Shown here: positions 8,348 to 16,505 of the stretch, one piece after another
Position numbering within the stretch: position 1 is the stretch's first letter
Layout: the number at the start of each line of letters is the position of its first letter
Source: an uncultured Clostridia bacterium
GTDB lineage: Bacteria; Bacillota; Clostridia; Peptostreptococcales; Anaerovoracaceae
Assembly (NCBI GenBank): GCA_945928865.1
Contig: CAMENZ010000003.1
Coordinates: 90,501 to 114,500 of the forward strand
Length of the DNA stretch: 24,000 bases
Direction of reading: 5' to 3'
The notes under the pieces: model-generated
Database searches by the model: none
Told to the model about the DNA's origin: nothing
The model's input: the letters and a program-made list of their open reading frames with translations, nothing else
Program-made: the position numbers and the translations under genes

Positions 8348-8537
8348 AGGGGTAAACAGAATTTTATTCAATGCTACCATAAAATAGTCCTATGATTTAG
8401 TGAATGTTATGGTTCCATAACCTTTAATATTGATTTCTCCTTATGTTTTAAGGAAATTTCGTTGCATCCACTGTCAAAATGTATGGTAGAAATTATAGGT
8501 TAGACGGTTTCCCTTTACTTTTGAAGGGATTTTTATT
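8348..8537 (+). ncRNA. Candidate structured RNA / attenuator, unclassified (hypothesis only)
   Basis: The segment is ORF-free. Hairpins lie at 8398-8429 (core GTTATG/CATAAC) and 8433-8458. There is a long-range 8-bp pairing CTACCATA (8374-8381) / TATGGTAG (8482-8489). The 5' segment AGGGGTAAAC (8348-8357) can pair with GTTTCCCTT (8507-8515), which overlaps the 5' arm of the 8510-8537 terminator. I recognise no Rfam family by eye. Confidence 0.25.
8510..8537 (+). terminator. Weak intrinsic terminator-like hairpin inside the gap
   Basis: Stem TCCCTT (8510-8515) / AAGGGA (8524-8529) with an 8-nt loop, followed by TTTTTATT. No T-run follows on the minus strand, so it is plus-oriented. Confidence 0.45.
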
Positions 8538-8662
8538 GTAATTGATTTGTTGCAGATTGAAAAATAGTTATTTTCAAAATATTACTATTTTTCATAAGCT
8601 AAGTGAATATAATGTAGTGCAGTTTACATACAAAATCTTATATATTATAAATTTGATTATAA

Positions 8663-8691
8663 TTGTAAAATTCAAGGATTTCTGTTATACT
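8663..8691 (+). promoter_or_regulatory. Candidate sigma-A promoter for the Asp23-nusB gene train (TTGTAA, 17-nt spacer, TGT-TATACT)
   Basis: -35 TTGTAA at 8663-8668. The 17-nt spacer ends in TGT (extended -10). -10 TATACT at 8686-8691. Caveat: this would give a very short leader, with the start site next to the RBS AGAAAGGAG (8695-8703). An alternative perfect TATAAT at 8608-8613 lacks a good -35. Confidence 0.4.
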
Positions 8692-8712
8692 ACTAGAAAG
8701 GAGTTGTAAGAA

Positions 8713-9012
8713 ATGGTTATGGAAAAACAAGCAGTAGATAAGATATCAAAAGAGGTTATTATTTTATCAGCTACTAAGATTGCTTCAGAAATTGAAGGGG
8801 TAAGTAGTGTTAAAGAAGTAAAAGTATCTAAGCATAAAGATGATCTATCTTTAGATATTTTAGTTAATGTTTTTTTAGGTGTGAAAATCCCACAAATAGC
8901 ATGGGATATTCAAAATGCGGTCCAGTCTGCACTATTTCAACTCATACAAATAGAAATAAAAAAAATAGACATTCATATTGAAGGAGTAGATTTACTCAAG
9001 GAAGGGCAATAG
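8713..9012 (+). CDS. Asp23/Gls24-family (alkaline shock protein-like) small protein; positional equivalent of B. subtilis YqhY
   Basis: 99 aa. Pattern is ...I....A.EIEGV.........V.......L..D..V.V..G..IP.IA..IQ..V...L, typical of Asp23/DUF322. It lies directly upstream of nusB as in Bacillus. RBS AGAAAGGAG sits 9 nt upstream. Confidence 0.75.
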   Translation: MVMEKQAVDKISKEVIILSATKIASEIEGVSSVKEVKVSKHKDDLSLDILVNVFLGVKIPQIAWDIQNAVQSALFQLIQIEIKKIDIHIEGVDLLKEGQ

Positions 9013-9414
9013 ATGAATAGAATTAAGGCAAGAGAAATGGCTATGCAAGCTATATTTCAAATGGAAGCACAGCATAATTGGAATATTGAAGAAATTATAA
9101 AAGATGTTAAAAATACAAATATTCATGAAGCTTTAGAAGAACAGGAAAAGTATGTAGTAACTCTTTTAACTAATATGTGCGAAAACAAACAGAATATAGA
9201 TGATATTATAAACGAAAAAAGTGAAGGTTGGCCTATAAATCGTATGGGGAAAGCTGATTTAGCTATAATTAGAATGGCAATTACAGAAATCTTATATTTA
9301 GAAGATATTCCTAGGGCTATTTCTATAAATGAAGCTGTAAATTTAGCTAAGGTTTTTGGTACTGATAAATCACCTGCATTTATTAATTCTGTTTTAGGAA
9401 AAATAGAGGAATAA
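9013..9414 (+). CDS. nusB: Transcription antitermination factor NusB
   Basis: 133 aa. N-terminus is MNRIKAREMAMQAIFQME, followed by RM(A)ITEILYLEDIP..ISINEAV.LAK.F....S.AFINSVLGKI. The ATG abuts the previous stop (TAGATG). Confidence 0.92.
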   Translation: MNRIKAREMAMQAIFQMEAQHNWNIEEIIKDVKNTNIHEALEEQEKYVVTLLTNMCENKQNIDDIINEKSEGWPINRMGKADLAIIRMAITEILYLEDIPRAISINEAVNLAKVFGTDKSPAFINSVLGKIEE

Positions 9415-9416
9415 TT

Positions 9417-10376
9417 ATGAAAAAGCCTTTGGCATTAGGTATAGATACAAGCAATTATAAGTCTTCAATAGCTGTTACAGATAGTCGAGGCAATATTTTA
9501 GTAGATGAGAGAAAATTTTTAAAAGTTAAGGAAGGAGAGAGAGGGCTTCGTCAATCAGAAGCTTTTTTTCAACATATAAATGTATTACCCGAACTTTTAG
9601 AATCAGTTTTAAAAGATGAAAACCTAAGGAAAAATATAGGCGTAGTAGCCGTTTCTACTAAACCGAGACCTATAGAAAACTCATATATGCCGGTGTTTTT
9701 AGCCGGTAGTCAAATGGCAAAAATTATTTCGGAAGCCTTAGCTGTACCATATTATGAATTTTCTCATCAAGAAGGACATCTGGAAGCGGTAAAGTTTTAT
9801 TCTAAGTTTAAAAAAGAGGAAAAACTAATTTCATTCCATTTTAGTGGCGGTACAACAGAGGCAATTTTAGATGATAATAAAAGTTTTTCTATTATTGGAG
9901 GTAGCAAAGATATATCTTATGGTCAGGTACTGGATCGTTTAGGAGTAGCTTTAGGAATGAAGTTCCCGGCAGGAGCTGAAATGGATGAAATTGCTATGAA
10001 AAATGTAATGAGCATAAAAAAGGGTTTGCCGGAGCAGATTTTGAGCAAAATAAAGGTTCAGGATGGATGGGTTAATTTATCCGGCATAGAAACTCAGTGC
10101 CAAAGAGCCTTATCCAATATAGATAAAGACAGTTTAATTACTATGGTATTTTATAGAATAGGTGAATCTATACTTTCCATAATGAAAAATTTAGCGCAAA
10201 ATCACCAGATAAAAAAGTTTATTTTTGCCGGTGGCGTTTCTGATAGTAAATTTATTAGAGAATACTTAAAAAACAATATTTCTGATAATTTTGATTATTG
10301 TTTTTCAGAAGGAAATTTATCTTCTGATAACGGAGTAGGTATTTCTCTTTTAGGAGGTAAGGAAATATGGCATTAA
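9417..10376 (+). CDS. Divergent TsaD/Kae1-like (peptidase M22 / ASKHA) protein of unknown specific function
   Basis: 319 aa. It keeps the family landmarks GIDTS (vs GIETS), the metal-binding HQEGH (vs HMEGH), SGGTTE, FPAGAEMD, SGIET, AGGVSDS and SSDNG. It lacks the canonical GGVVPE.A.R.H and GPG...L.VG motifs. Confidence 0.8.
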   Translation: MKKPLALGIDTSNYKSSIAVTDSRGNILVDERKFLKVKEGERGLRQSEAFFQHINVLPELLESVLKDENLRKNIGVVAVSTKPRPIENSYMPVFLAGSQMAKIISEALAVPYYEFSHQEGHLEAVKFYSKFKKEEKLISFHFSGGTTEAILDDNKSFSIIGGSKDISYGQVLDRLGVALGMKFPAGAEMDEIAMKNVMSIKKGLPEQILSKIKVQDGWVNLSGIETQCQRALSNIDKDSLITMVFYRIGESILSIMKNLAQNHQIKKFIFAGGVSDSKFIREYLKNNISDNFDYCFSEGNLSSDNGVGISLLGGKEIWH

Positions 10377-11515
10377 AGCCTATATCTGTAACACAATTAA
10401 ATAATTATATTAGTAGAATCATTACTACGGATCATCTTTTAGGTAATCTATCTGTAGTAGGAGAAATTTCTAATTTGAAATATCATTCCTCCGGACATGT
10501 ATATTTTTCTATAAATGATGAAGATAGTAAAATTAATTGTTTTTTAGCTGCATCTTATGTAAATAAGTTAGATATGGCTTTAGAAGACGGGTTAAAAGTT
10601 ATTATCAATGGTTATATAAATGTGTATAAAAAAGGTGGTACTTATACATTAATTGTGAGAGATGTGCAAGTTGAGGGGCAAGGTGACTTATCATATCAAT
10701 TTCAGATTATGAAGGATAAATTAGCTTCTGAGGGATTATTTGATCCTAAACTAAAAAAGCAGTTACCTACATTTCCTAAGAAAATAGGTATTATTACTTC
10801 ACCCACCGGTGCTGCACTTCAAGATATGTTAAAAATTATTACAGGGAGAAATGATTTTGTAGATGTTTTAATTTTTCCGGCTTTGGTACAAGGTCCGGAG
10901 GCAGCAGAAGACATGGCTAAAACCTTAGATTTTATAAATGACAATAAAGAAAAATTTAATTTAGATTGTCTGATTATAGGTCGTGGTGGAGGTTCACAAG
11001 AAGATTTATGGGCATTCAATGAAGAAATTTTAGCTAGAGCTATCTTTGCAACGGAAATACCTATTATTTCTGCTGTAGGGCATGAAATAGATTTCAGCAT
11101 TTCAGATTTTGTGGCTGATAAAAGGGCAGAAACGCCTACAGCAGCAGCTGAAATGATAGCACCTGATATGAAACTGATAAAAAGAAAATTACAGGATTTT
11201 AAAGATAATTTGCTGATTCAATTGAATAATAAAGTGAACCATCATAAACTTATGACAGATAATATTTTAAATCAAATTAAAAATTCTATGGATAGAAGAA
11301 TTTCTCAATATGAATATGAGATGAGCACTTGTAAGCTTTATTTAGAAGAAAATAATCCTAAAAATATTATGAGCAAGGGTTACTCAATTTTAAAGGATAA
11401 GACGGGTAAAGTTATACATTCTAAAAATAACCTTACAGTTGGTGAAAAATATTTACTTTCTATGCTAGATGGTGATATTGTAGTTAAAAATGAGGGAGAA
11501 AATAATGAGTTTTGA
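10367..11515 (+). CDS. xseA: Exodeoxyribonuclease VII large subunit
   Basis: 382 aa. N-terminal OB-fold region is ISVTQLNNYI.....LLGNL.V.GEISN.K.HSSGH.YF. The catalytic core is IGIITSPTGAALQD..., GRGGGSQEDLWAFNEE and ISAVGHEIDF..SDFVAD.RA.TPTAAAE. It overlaps the previous gene by 10 nt. Confidence 0.93.
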   Translation: MALKPISVTQLNNYISRIITTDHLLGNLSVVGEISNLKYHSSGHVYFSINDEDSKINCFLAASYVNKLDMALEDGLKVIINGYINVYKKGGTYTLIVRDVQVEGQGDLSYQFQIMKDKLASEGLFDPKLKKQLPTFPKKIGIITSPTGAALQDMLKIITGRNDFVDVLIFPALVQGPEAAEDMAKTLDFINDNKEKFNLDCLIIGRGGGSQEDLWAFNEEILARAIFATEIPIISAVGHEIDFSISDFVADKRAETPTAAAEMIAPDMKLIKRKLQDFKDNLLIQLNNKVNHHKLMTDNILNQIKNSMDRRISQYEYEMSTCKLYLEENNPKNIMSKGYSILKDKTGKVIHSKNNLTVGEKYLLSMLDGDIVVKNEGENNEF

Positions 11516-11678
11516 ACTTTCAATGAAAAAATTAGAAGAAATGTCTGATAAAATCAGAAATAATAATACAAGTTTAGATGAGGCGATTTTGTGCTATGAG
11601 GAAGGTATAAAAGCCTATGACGAATGTAATGAAATTTTAAATAAAGCAAAGCAAAAAATCGAAACCTATACTAAATAA
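11505..11678 (+). CDS. xseB: Exodeoxyribonuclease VII small subunit
   Basis: MSFELSMKKLEEMSDKIRNNNTSLDEAILCYEEGIKAYDECNEIL matches the XseB pattern. The ATG at 11505 follows RBS GAGGGAG. The ORF-track start at 11490 is 5 codons upstream and has no RBS. The gene overlaps the xseA stop by 11 nt. Confidence 0.88.
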   Translation: MSFELSMKKLEEMSDKIRNNNTSLDEAILCYEEGIKAYDECNEILNKAKQKIETYTK

Positions 11679-11692
11679 AATTGGAGGCATAT

Positions 11693-12586
11693 ATGGAAAG
11701 AATGTACGAAGATTATAAAAAGATAATAGATGAACATCTTTTAGATTTTATCCCTAATATAGATAGTAAAAGTATTTCACTTTATGAATCAATTAAGTAT
11801 AGTTTAACTGCAGGTGGTAAACGACTTAGACCTGTATTGCTTTTAGCTGCTTGTGATTTTGCAGGTGGAGATATTCATGAAGCATTACCTTATGCTTGTG
11901 CTATTGAATACATACACACTTATTCTTTAATTCATGACGATTTACCGGCTATGGATAATGATGATTTAAGAAGAGGCTTACCTACAAATCATAAGGTATA
12001 TGGCGAAGCTTTAGCCATTTTAGCAGGAGATGGACTTTTAACTACGGCATTTGAAATTATAAATAAGGATATGATGCTTTATTTTGATTCTCCGGATAAG
12101 ATAGTAAAAAGGATTAAGGCATCTTATGAAATCGCTAAAGGCTCAGGTTGCAGAGGTATGGTAGCAGGACAGGTATCAGATATAGAAGGTGAAAATAACG
12201 AATATTCTAATGAAATGTTAGAATATATTCATATAAATAAAACCGGAGCTTTAATTTCAGCGGCTATAAAAGCAGGGCTTTTCTTAGGAAATCCTGACAG
12301 TAAGATGATTATTAATTTAGATAAATATGCTGAAAATCTAGGCTTGGCTTATCAAATTGCTGATGATATTTTAGATGAAATTGGTAATCCGGAGGAATTA
12401 GGCAAGGCTATTGGTTCAGATAAGAAGAAAAATAAAAATACATATTCCTCAATCAATGGTTTAGAAGCTTCTGTAAAAAGATTGAAAGAGCTTACAGATA
12501 GTGCCGTGGAAGCCATAGCACCCTATTATGATAATGCTGAATTTTTTAGAAATTTAGTACTCGAATTAAAAGATAGAAAGAAGTAA
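11693..12586 (+). CDS. ispA: Polyprenyl (farnesyl/geranyl) diphosphate synthase
   Basis: First Asp-rich motif is LIHDDLPAMDNDDLRRG, the second is YQIADDILD, plus GGKRLRP. The ATG at 11693 lies 5 nt after GGAGG (11683-11687). The ORF-track TTG at 11681 contains that RBS and is probably not the start. Confidence 0.9.
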   Translation: MERMYEDYKKIIDEHLLDFIPNIDSKSISLYESIKYSLTAGGKRLRPVLLLAACDFAGGDIHEALPYACAIEYIHTYSLIHDDLPAMDNDDLRRGLPTNHKVYGEALAILAGDGLLTTAFEIINKDMMLYFDSPDKIVKRIKASYEIAKGSGCRGMVAGQVSDIEGENNEYSNEMLEYIHINKTGALISAAIKAGLFLGNPDSKMIINLDKYAENLGLAYQIADDILDEIGNPEELGKAIGSDKKKNKNTYSSINGLEASVKRLKELTDSAVEAIAPYYDNAEFFRNLVLELKDRKK

Positions 12587-12592
12587 TTTATA

Positions 12593-14458
12593 ATGAAAAG
12601 AAATTTATTGGAATATAATTTCCCTGAAGACTTAAAAAATATGTCTCAGACAGAATTAGAATTATTAACATATTCCATAAGAGATTTTTTAATAAATAAG
12701 GTGTCTAAGACCGGTGGTCATTTAGCTTCTAATTTAGGAGTTGTAGAACTTACTTTGGCATTACATCAAGTTTTTAACTGTCCAACAGATAAGATTATAT
12801 GGGATGTAGGACATCAATCTTATGTTCACAAAATCTTAACAGGCAGAGGCAATGAGTTTGATAAACTTAGACAATTTAACGGCCTAAGTGGATTTCCCAA
12901 AGCATCAGAAAGCCCTTATGACTGCTATGATACAGGTCATAGCAGCACTTCTGTATCTGCAGCTTTTGGTATGGCAGCAGCTAGAGATATAAAAAAGGAA
13001 AATCATGAAGTTATAGCCGTTATTGGTGATGGCGCCTTAACAGGTGGTATGGCTTATGAAGCTATGAATAATATTGGAGATTCTAAAACTAAAGTTATTA
13101 TGGTAGTTAATGACAACGGTATGTCAATATCAGAAAACATAGGTGGAATTTCCAAACATTTAGGTAATTTGAGAACTTCTAAAGGCTATCTCAGTGCTAA
13201 AAAATTTATTAAAAATAAAATAAAAAATATACCTACTGTAGGTGAAGGCATAGCAAAGGGTTTAGCGGAATTTAAAAACGATATTAAATATTCTATGCTG
13301 GATAAGGGTGGTGTTATATTTGAAGAACTAGGGTTCACATATTTTGGACCTATTGATGGTCACAACTTACCCCAGTTAATAGATGTGTTTAATAAGGCAA
13401 AAAAATTAGATGAGCCGGTGGTTGTACACATATTAACTAAAAAGGGTAAAGGCTATAAAAATGCAGAAAAAAATCCGGGGAAGTTTCACGGTATAAGCGC
13501 TTTTAATCCTGAAACAGGGGAAATCATGGAAAAGACGGATAAACTGTCTTATTCGGCTATTTTAGGGGCTTATTTAAGCAGAAAAGGTGAAGAAGATAAT
13601 AGTATAGTGGCAATTACTGCTGCTATGTGTGATGCGACAGGTTTAACACCTTTTATGAATAAATTCCCTGAAAGATTTTTTGATGTAGGAATAGCTGAAG
13701 AACATGCTGTTTCCTTTGCATGTGGTCTTGCAAAATCCGGAATGAAACCCTTAGTGGCTATATATTCCTCTTTTTTACAAAGATCTTATGATCAGTTAAT
13801 TATAGACGCCTGTATGCAAAATCTGCCTGTAGTATTTGCTATTGACAGGGCAGGAGTTGTAGGGGCAGATGGAGAAACGCATAACGGAGTATTTGATATA
13901 TCATATCTTACACAAATGCCTAATATGACTGTTTTAACTCCTGCTGATGGAAATCAATTCGAAGCAATGTTGGATTATGCCTTTAATCTAAATGCACCTT
14001 GTGCCATTAGATATCCTAGAGGCACTTGTGAATACAATAATAACATTATGTCAACTAGAACTTTTGACGGAAAAAATGTTCGAATTAAAGAGGGTGAAGA
14101 TGTAGATATATTTGCTTGTGGCAAGATGTTAGATACTGGTAAGCAAATTGTAGAAATATTGAAATTAAATAATATAGATTGTGGGTTAGTGGATATTACT
14201 ACAGTTAAACCTATGGATTTAAGTTTATTTAATAATAATGTTAAACTATTAGTTACATTAGAAGATAATATTTTGATAGGCGGTTTCGGACAGCAACTGA
14301 CTTGGGCACTAAAAGATGAAAATATAGATATTCTTACTTTTGGTTGGGGTGATAATTTTATACCTCAAGGCACATTTAATGAATTAGCAGATAAAGAAGG
14401 GTTAACACCTGAAAAAATTAGTGAAAGGATATGTGAATATTTTGAAAGAAAGGCTTGA
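12593..14458 (+). CDS. dxs: 1-deoxy-D-xylulose-5-phosphate synthase
   Basis: 621 aa. Motifs are GGHLASNLGVVELT.ALH, WDVGHQSYVHKILTGR, GHSSTS, the ThDP motif GDGALTGGMAYEAMNN, and FDVGIAEEHAV. Confidence 0.94.
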   Translation: MKRNLLEYNFPEDLKNMSQTELELLTYSIRDFLINKVSKTGGHLASNLGVVELTLALHQVFNCPTDKIIWDVGHQSYVHKILTGRGNEFDKLRQFNGLSGFPKASESPYDCYDTGHSSTSVSAAFGMAAARDIKKENHEVIAVIGDGALTGGMAYEAMNNIGDSKTKVIMVVNDNGMSISENIGGISKHLGNLRTSKGYLSAKKFIKNKIKNIPTVGEGIAKGLAEFKNDIKYSMLDKGGVIFEELGFTYFGPIDGHNLPQLIDVFNKAKKLDEPVVVHILTKKGKGYKNAEKNPGKFHGISAFNPETGEIMEKTDKLSYSAILGAYLSRKGEEDNSIVAITAAMCDATGLTPFMNKFPERFFDVGIAEEHAVSFACGLAKSGMKPLVAIYSSFLQRSYDQLIIDACMQNLPVVFAIDRAGVVGADGETHNGVFDISYLTQMPNMTVLTPADGNQFEAMLDYAFNLNAPCAIRYPRGTCEYNNNIMSTRTFDGKNVRIKEGEDVDIFACGKMLDTGKQIVEILKLNNIDCGLVDITTVKPMDLSLFNNNVKLLVTLEDNILIGGFGQQLTWALKDENIDILTFGWGDNFIPQGTFNELADKEGLTPEKISERICEYFERKA

Positions 14459-15260
14459 TGTACTTTTAGTTCAAAAAGGATATTACAATTCTAGAGAACG
14501 GGCAAAAGCGGCTATAATGGCAGGTATCGTTTATGTTGATGAACAGAAAAGCGATAAGGCCGGAAATATGATTGATATAGAAGCTAATATAGATGTCAGA
14601 GAAAATTTGTGTCCCTATGTATCCAGAGGTGGTTTAAAATTGGAAAAATCCATAAATTTATGGAATATTAATTTAGATAATGCTGTTTGTATGGATATAG
14701 GTGCCTCTACGGGAGGTTTTACCGATTGTATGCTAAAGAATGGCGCTTCAAAGGTATATGCCGTAGATGTAGGTAGAGGACAATTAGATTATAGCCTTAG
14801 AATAGAACCTAAAGTTATAAATATGGAAAAATGTAATATTAGAAATTTAGATCCAAAATCTGTAGATGCCATAGATTTTATTTCTATAGATGTAAGTTTT
14901 ATTTCCTTAAAATTAGTTTTTCCTGTAGCAACTCAAGTTTTAAAATCTAACGGTAAAATGGTTTGTTTAGTTAAACCTCAGTTTGAAGCCGGTAGAGAAA
15001 AAATAAGTAAAGGTGGAGTGGTTAAGGATAAAAAGGTTCATGAAGAGGTCATAAGAAATGTAATTTCTTATGCAAATGAAAATGGCTTTATGGCAGAAGG
15101 ATTAACCTTTAGTCCGATTAAAGGTGCTAAGAGTAATAATATAGAATATTTATTATTTTTAGTGAAAAGTGGTAAAGATAATGTTATAATAGATGAAAAT
15201 AAAATACAGGAAACTCAGATAATTAGTATGGTTAATAGCTCTCATGAAGAGTTAAAATAA
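14421..15260 (+). CDS. tlyA: TlyA-family rRNA 2'-O-methyltransferase (S4 domain plus FtsJ-like methyltransferase; B. subtilis YqxC equivalent)
   Basis: Motifs are ERLDVLLVQKGY..SRERAKAAIMAG.V (S4), YVSRGGLKLEK, the SAM motif DIGASTGGFTDC, DVSFISL, and KPQFEAGRE. The start is uncertain. GTG 14421 (ORF track) has no RBS and overlaps dxs by 38 nt. In-frame GTG 14433 and TTG 14442 lie downstream of GAAAGGA (14423-14429) and fit homolog N-termini better. Confidence 0.85.
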   Translation: MKGYVNILKERLDVLLVQKGYYNSRERAKAAIMAGIVYVDEQKSDKAGNMIDIEANIDVRENLCPYVSRGGLKLEKSINLWNINLDNAVCMDIGASTGGFTDCMLKNGASKVYAVDVGRGQLDYSLRIEPKVINMEKCNIRNLDPKSVDAIDFISIDVSFISLKLVFPVATQVLKSNGKMVCLVKPQFEAGREKISKGGVVKDKKVHEEVIRNVISYANENGFMAEGLTFSPIKGAKSNNIEYLLFLVKSGKDNVIIDENKIQETQIISMVNSSHEELK

Positions 15261-15287
15261 AGTGTTAAGCTAAAGGAGAAGTAGAAA

Positions 15288-16478
15288 ATGAAGCTATCAA
15301 AGAAAATCCAGGAGATGCAGTTATCTCCAATTAGAAAGTTTGTTCCATACGCTGATGCAGCTAGAGCAGCAGGTAAAAAAGTATATGGCTTAAATATTGG
15401 ACAGCCGGATATTAAAACACCTAAAGCATTTTTTGATGCTGTAAAAAATTTCGATCAAGAAGTATTAGCCTATGCAAATTCACAAGGTATACCACAGCTT
15501 TTAGATGCTTTAGTAGGTTATTACAAGAGAATAGGCTTAGATTTTCAGAAAAAGGACCTCTTAATTACTAATGGTGGTTCTGAAGCACTTTCCATGATTA
15601 TGACTGCTATATTAGATGAAGGGGATGAAGTGATTATGGCTGAACCTTTCTACACTAATTACAAGACTTTTATAGGTGCAGCAGGAGGTAATGTTGTAGC
15701 AATTCCTACTACAGCTGATGATGGCTATCAGTATGCAGTTAGAGAAAAAATCGAAGGAGTTATCACCCCTAAGACTAAGGCAATTGCTATTATTAATCCT
15801 GGTAATCCAACAGGTAAAGTTCTTACTCATGAAGAAATGCAGTTAATAGTTGATATAGCCATTAAACACGATTTATATTTAATCTGTGATGAAGTATACA
15901 GAGAATTTGTTTATGATGGCAAGGCTATGTCATCATTTGGTACTTTTAAAGAAGCTGAACAAAATGTGATTATAGTGGATTCAGTTTCTAAGAGATTCTC
16001 TGCTTGTGGAGCTAGAATTGGTTCAATTGCTTGTAAAAATGAAGAATTAATGAATAATTTAATGAAAATTTGCCAGGCAAGACTTTGTGTTCCTACTTTA
16101 GATCAGATTGGTTCTGCTGCACTTTATAATTTAGATCCTTCATATTTTGATGATATTAAAAAGGAATATGAATATAGAAGAAATGTTTCTGTAGAAGCAT
16201 TAAATGAAATTGAAGGAATAAAATATGGAGTTCCGGAAGGAGCTTTCTATATTACATGTGAGCTTCCAGTTGATGATGCAGAAAAGTTCTTAATTTTCTT
16301 ACTTGAAGAATTTGACGTTAATGGAGAAACTTGTATGTTTGCTCCTGCCGGTGGGTTCTATGGAACTAAGGGGGTAGGTCAGTCAGATATTCGAATTGCA
16401 TATGTTTTAAAAGCAGAAGATATGAAGGCCGGTATTAATGTTATCAAGGAAGGAATTAAGGCTTATAATGCCAGATAA
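15288..16478 (+). CDS. PLP-dependent class-I aminotransferase (aspartate aminotransferase-like)
   Basis: 396 aa. Motifs are NIGQPD, TNGGSEAL, INPGNPTG, and the PLP-lysine motif SVSKRFSACGARIG. RBS AAAGGAG. Substrate specificity cannot be read from the sequence alone. Confidence 0.85.
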   Translation: MKLSKKIQEMQLSPIRKFVPYADAARAAGKKVYGLNIGQPDIKTPKAFFDAVKNFDQEVLAYANSQGIPQLLDALVGYYKRIGLDFQKKDLLITNGGSEALSMIMTAILDEGDEVIMAEPFYTNYKTFIGAAGGNVVAIPTTADDGYQYAVREKIEGVITPKTKAIAIINPGNPTGKVLTHEEMQLIVDIAIKHDLYLICDEVYREFVYDGKAMSSFGTFKEAEQNVIIVDSVSKRFSACGARIGSIACKNEELMNNLMKICQARLCVPTLDQIGSAALYNLDPSYFDDIKKEYEYRRNVSVEALNEIEGIKYGVPEGAFYITCELPVDDAEKFLIFLLEEFDVNGETCMFAPAGGFYGTKGVGQSDIRIAYVLKAEDMKAGINVIKEGIKAYNAR

Positions 16479-16505
16479 TTACTTTAAAATAATAAGGAGA
16501 TTTTT

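Noticed and set aside
8557-8583. AT-rich palindrome TTGAAAA-N7-TTTTCAA (8557-8577), overlapping a CodY-box-like 15-mer TATTTTCAAAATATT (8569-8583, about 12/15 to AATTTTCWGAAAATT).
   Set aside because: These are low-information AT words in an AT-rich intergenic region. Matches of this quality are expected by chance, and I cannot confirm that the organism has CodY.
12587-12592. I checked the ispA-dxs junction for OLE RNA and oapA, which occupy this position in many anaerobic or extremophilic Firmicutes.
   Set aside because: Only 6 nt separate ispA and dxs, so no OLE RNA or oapA gene can be present here.
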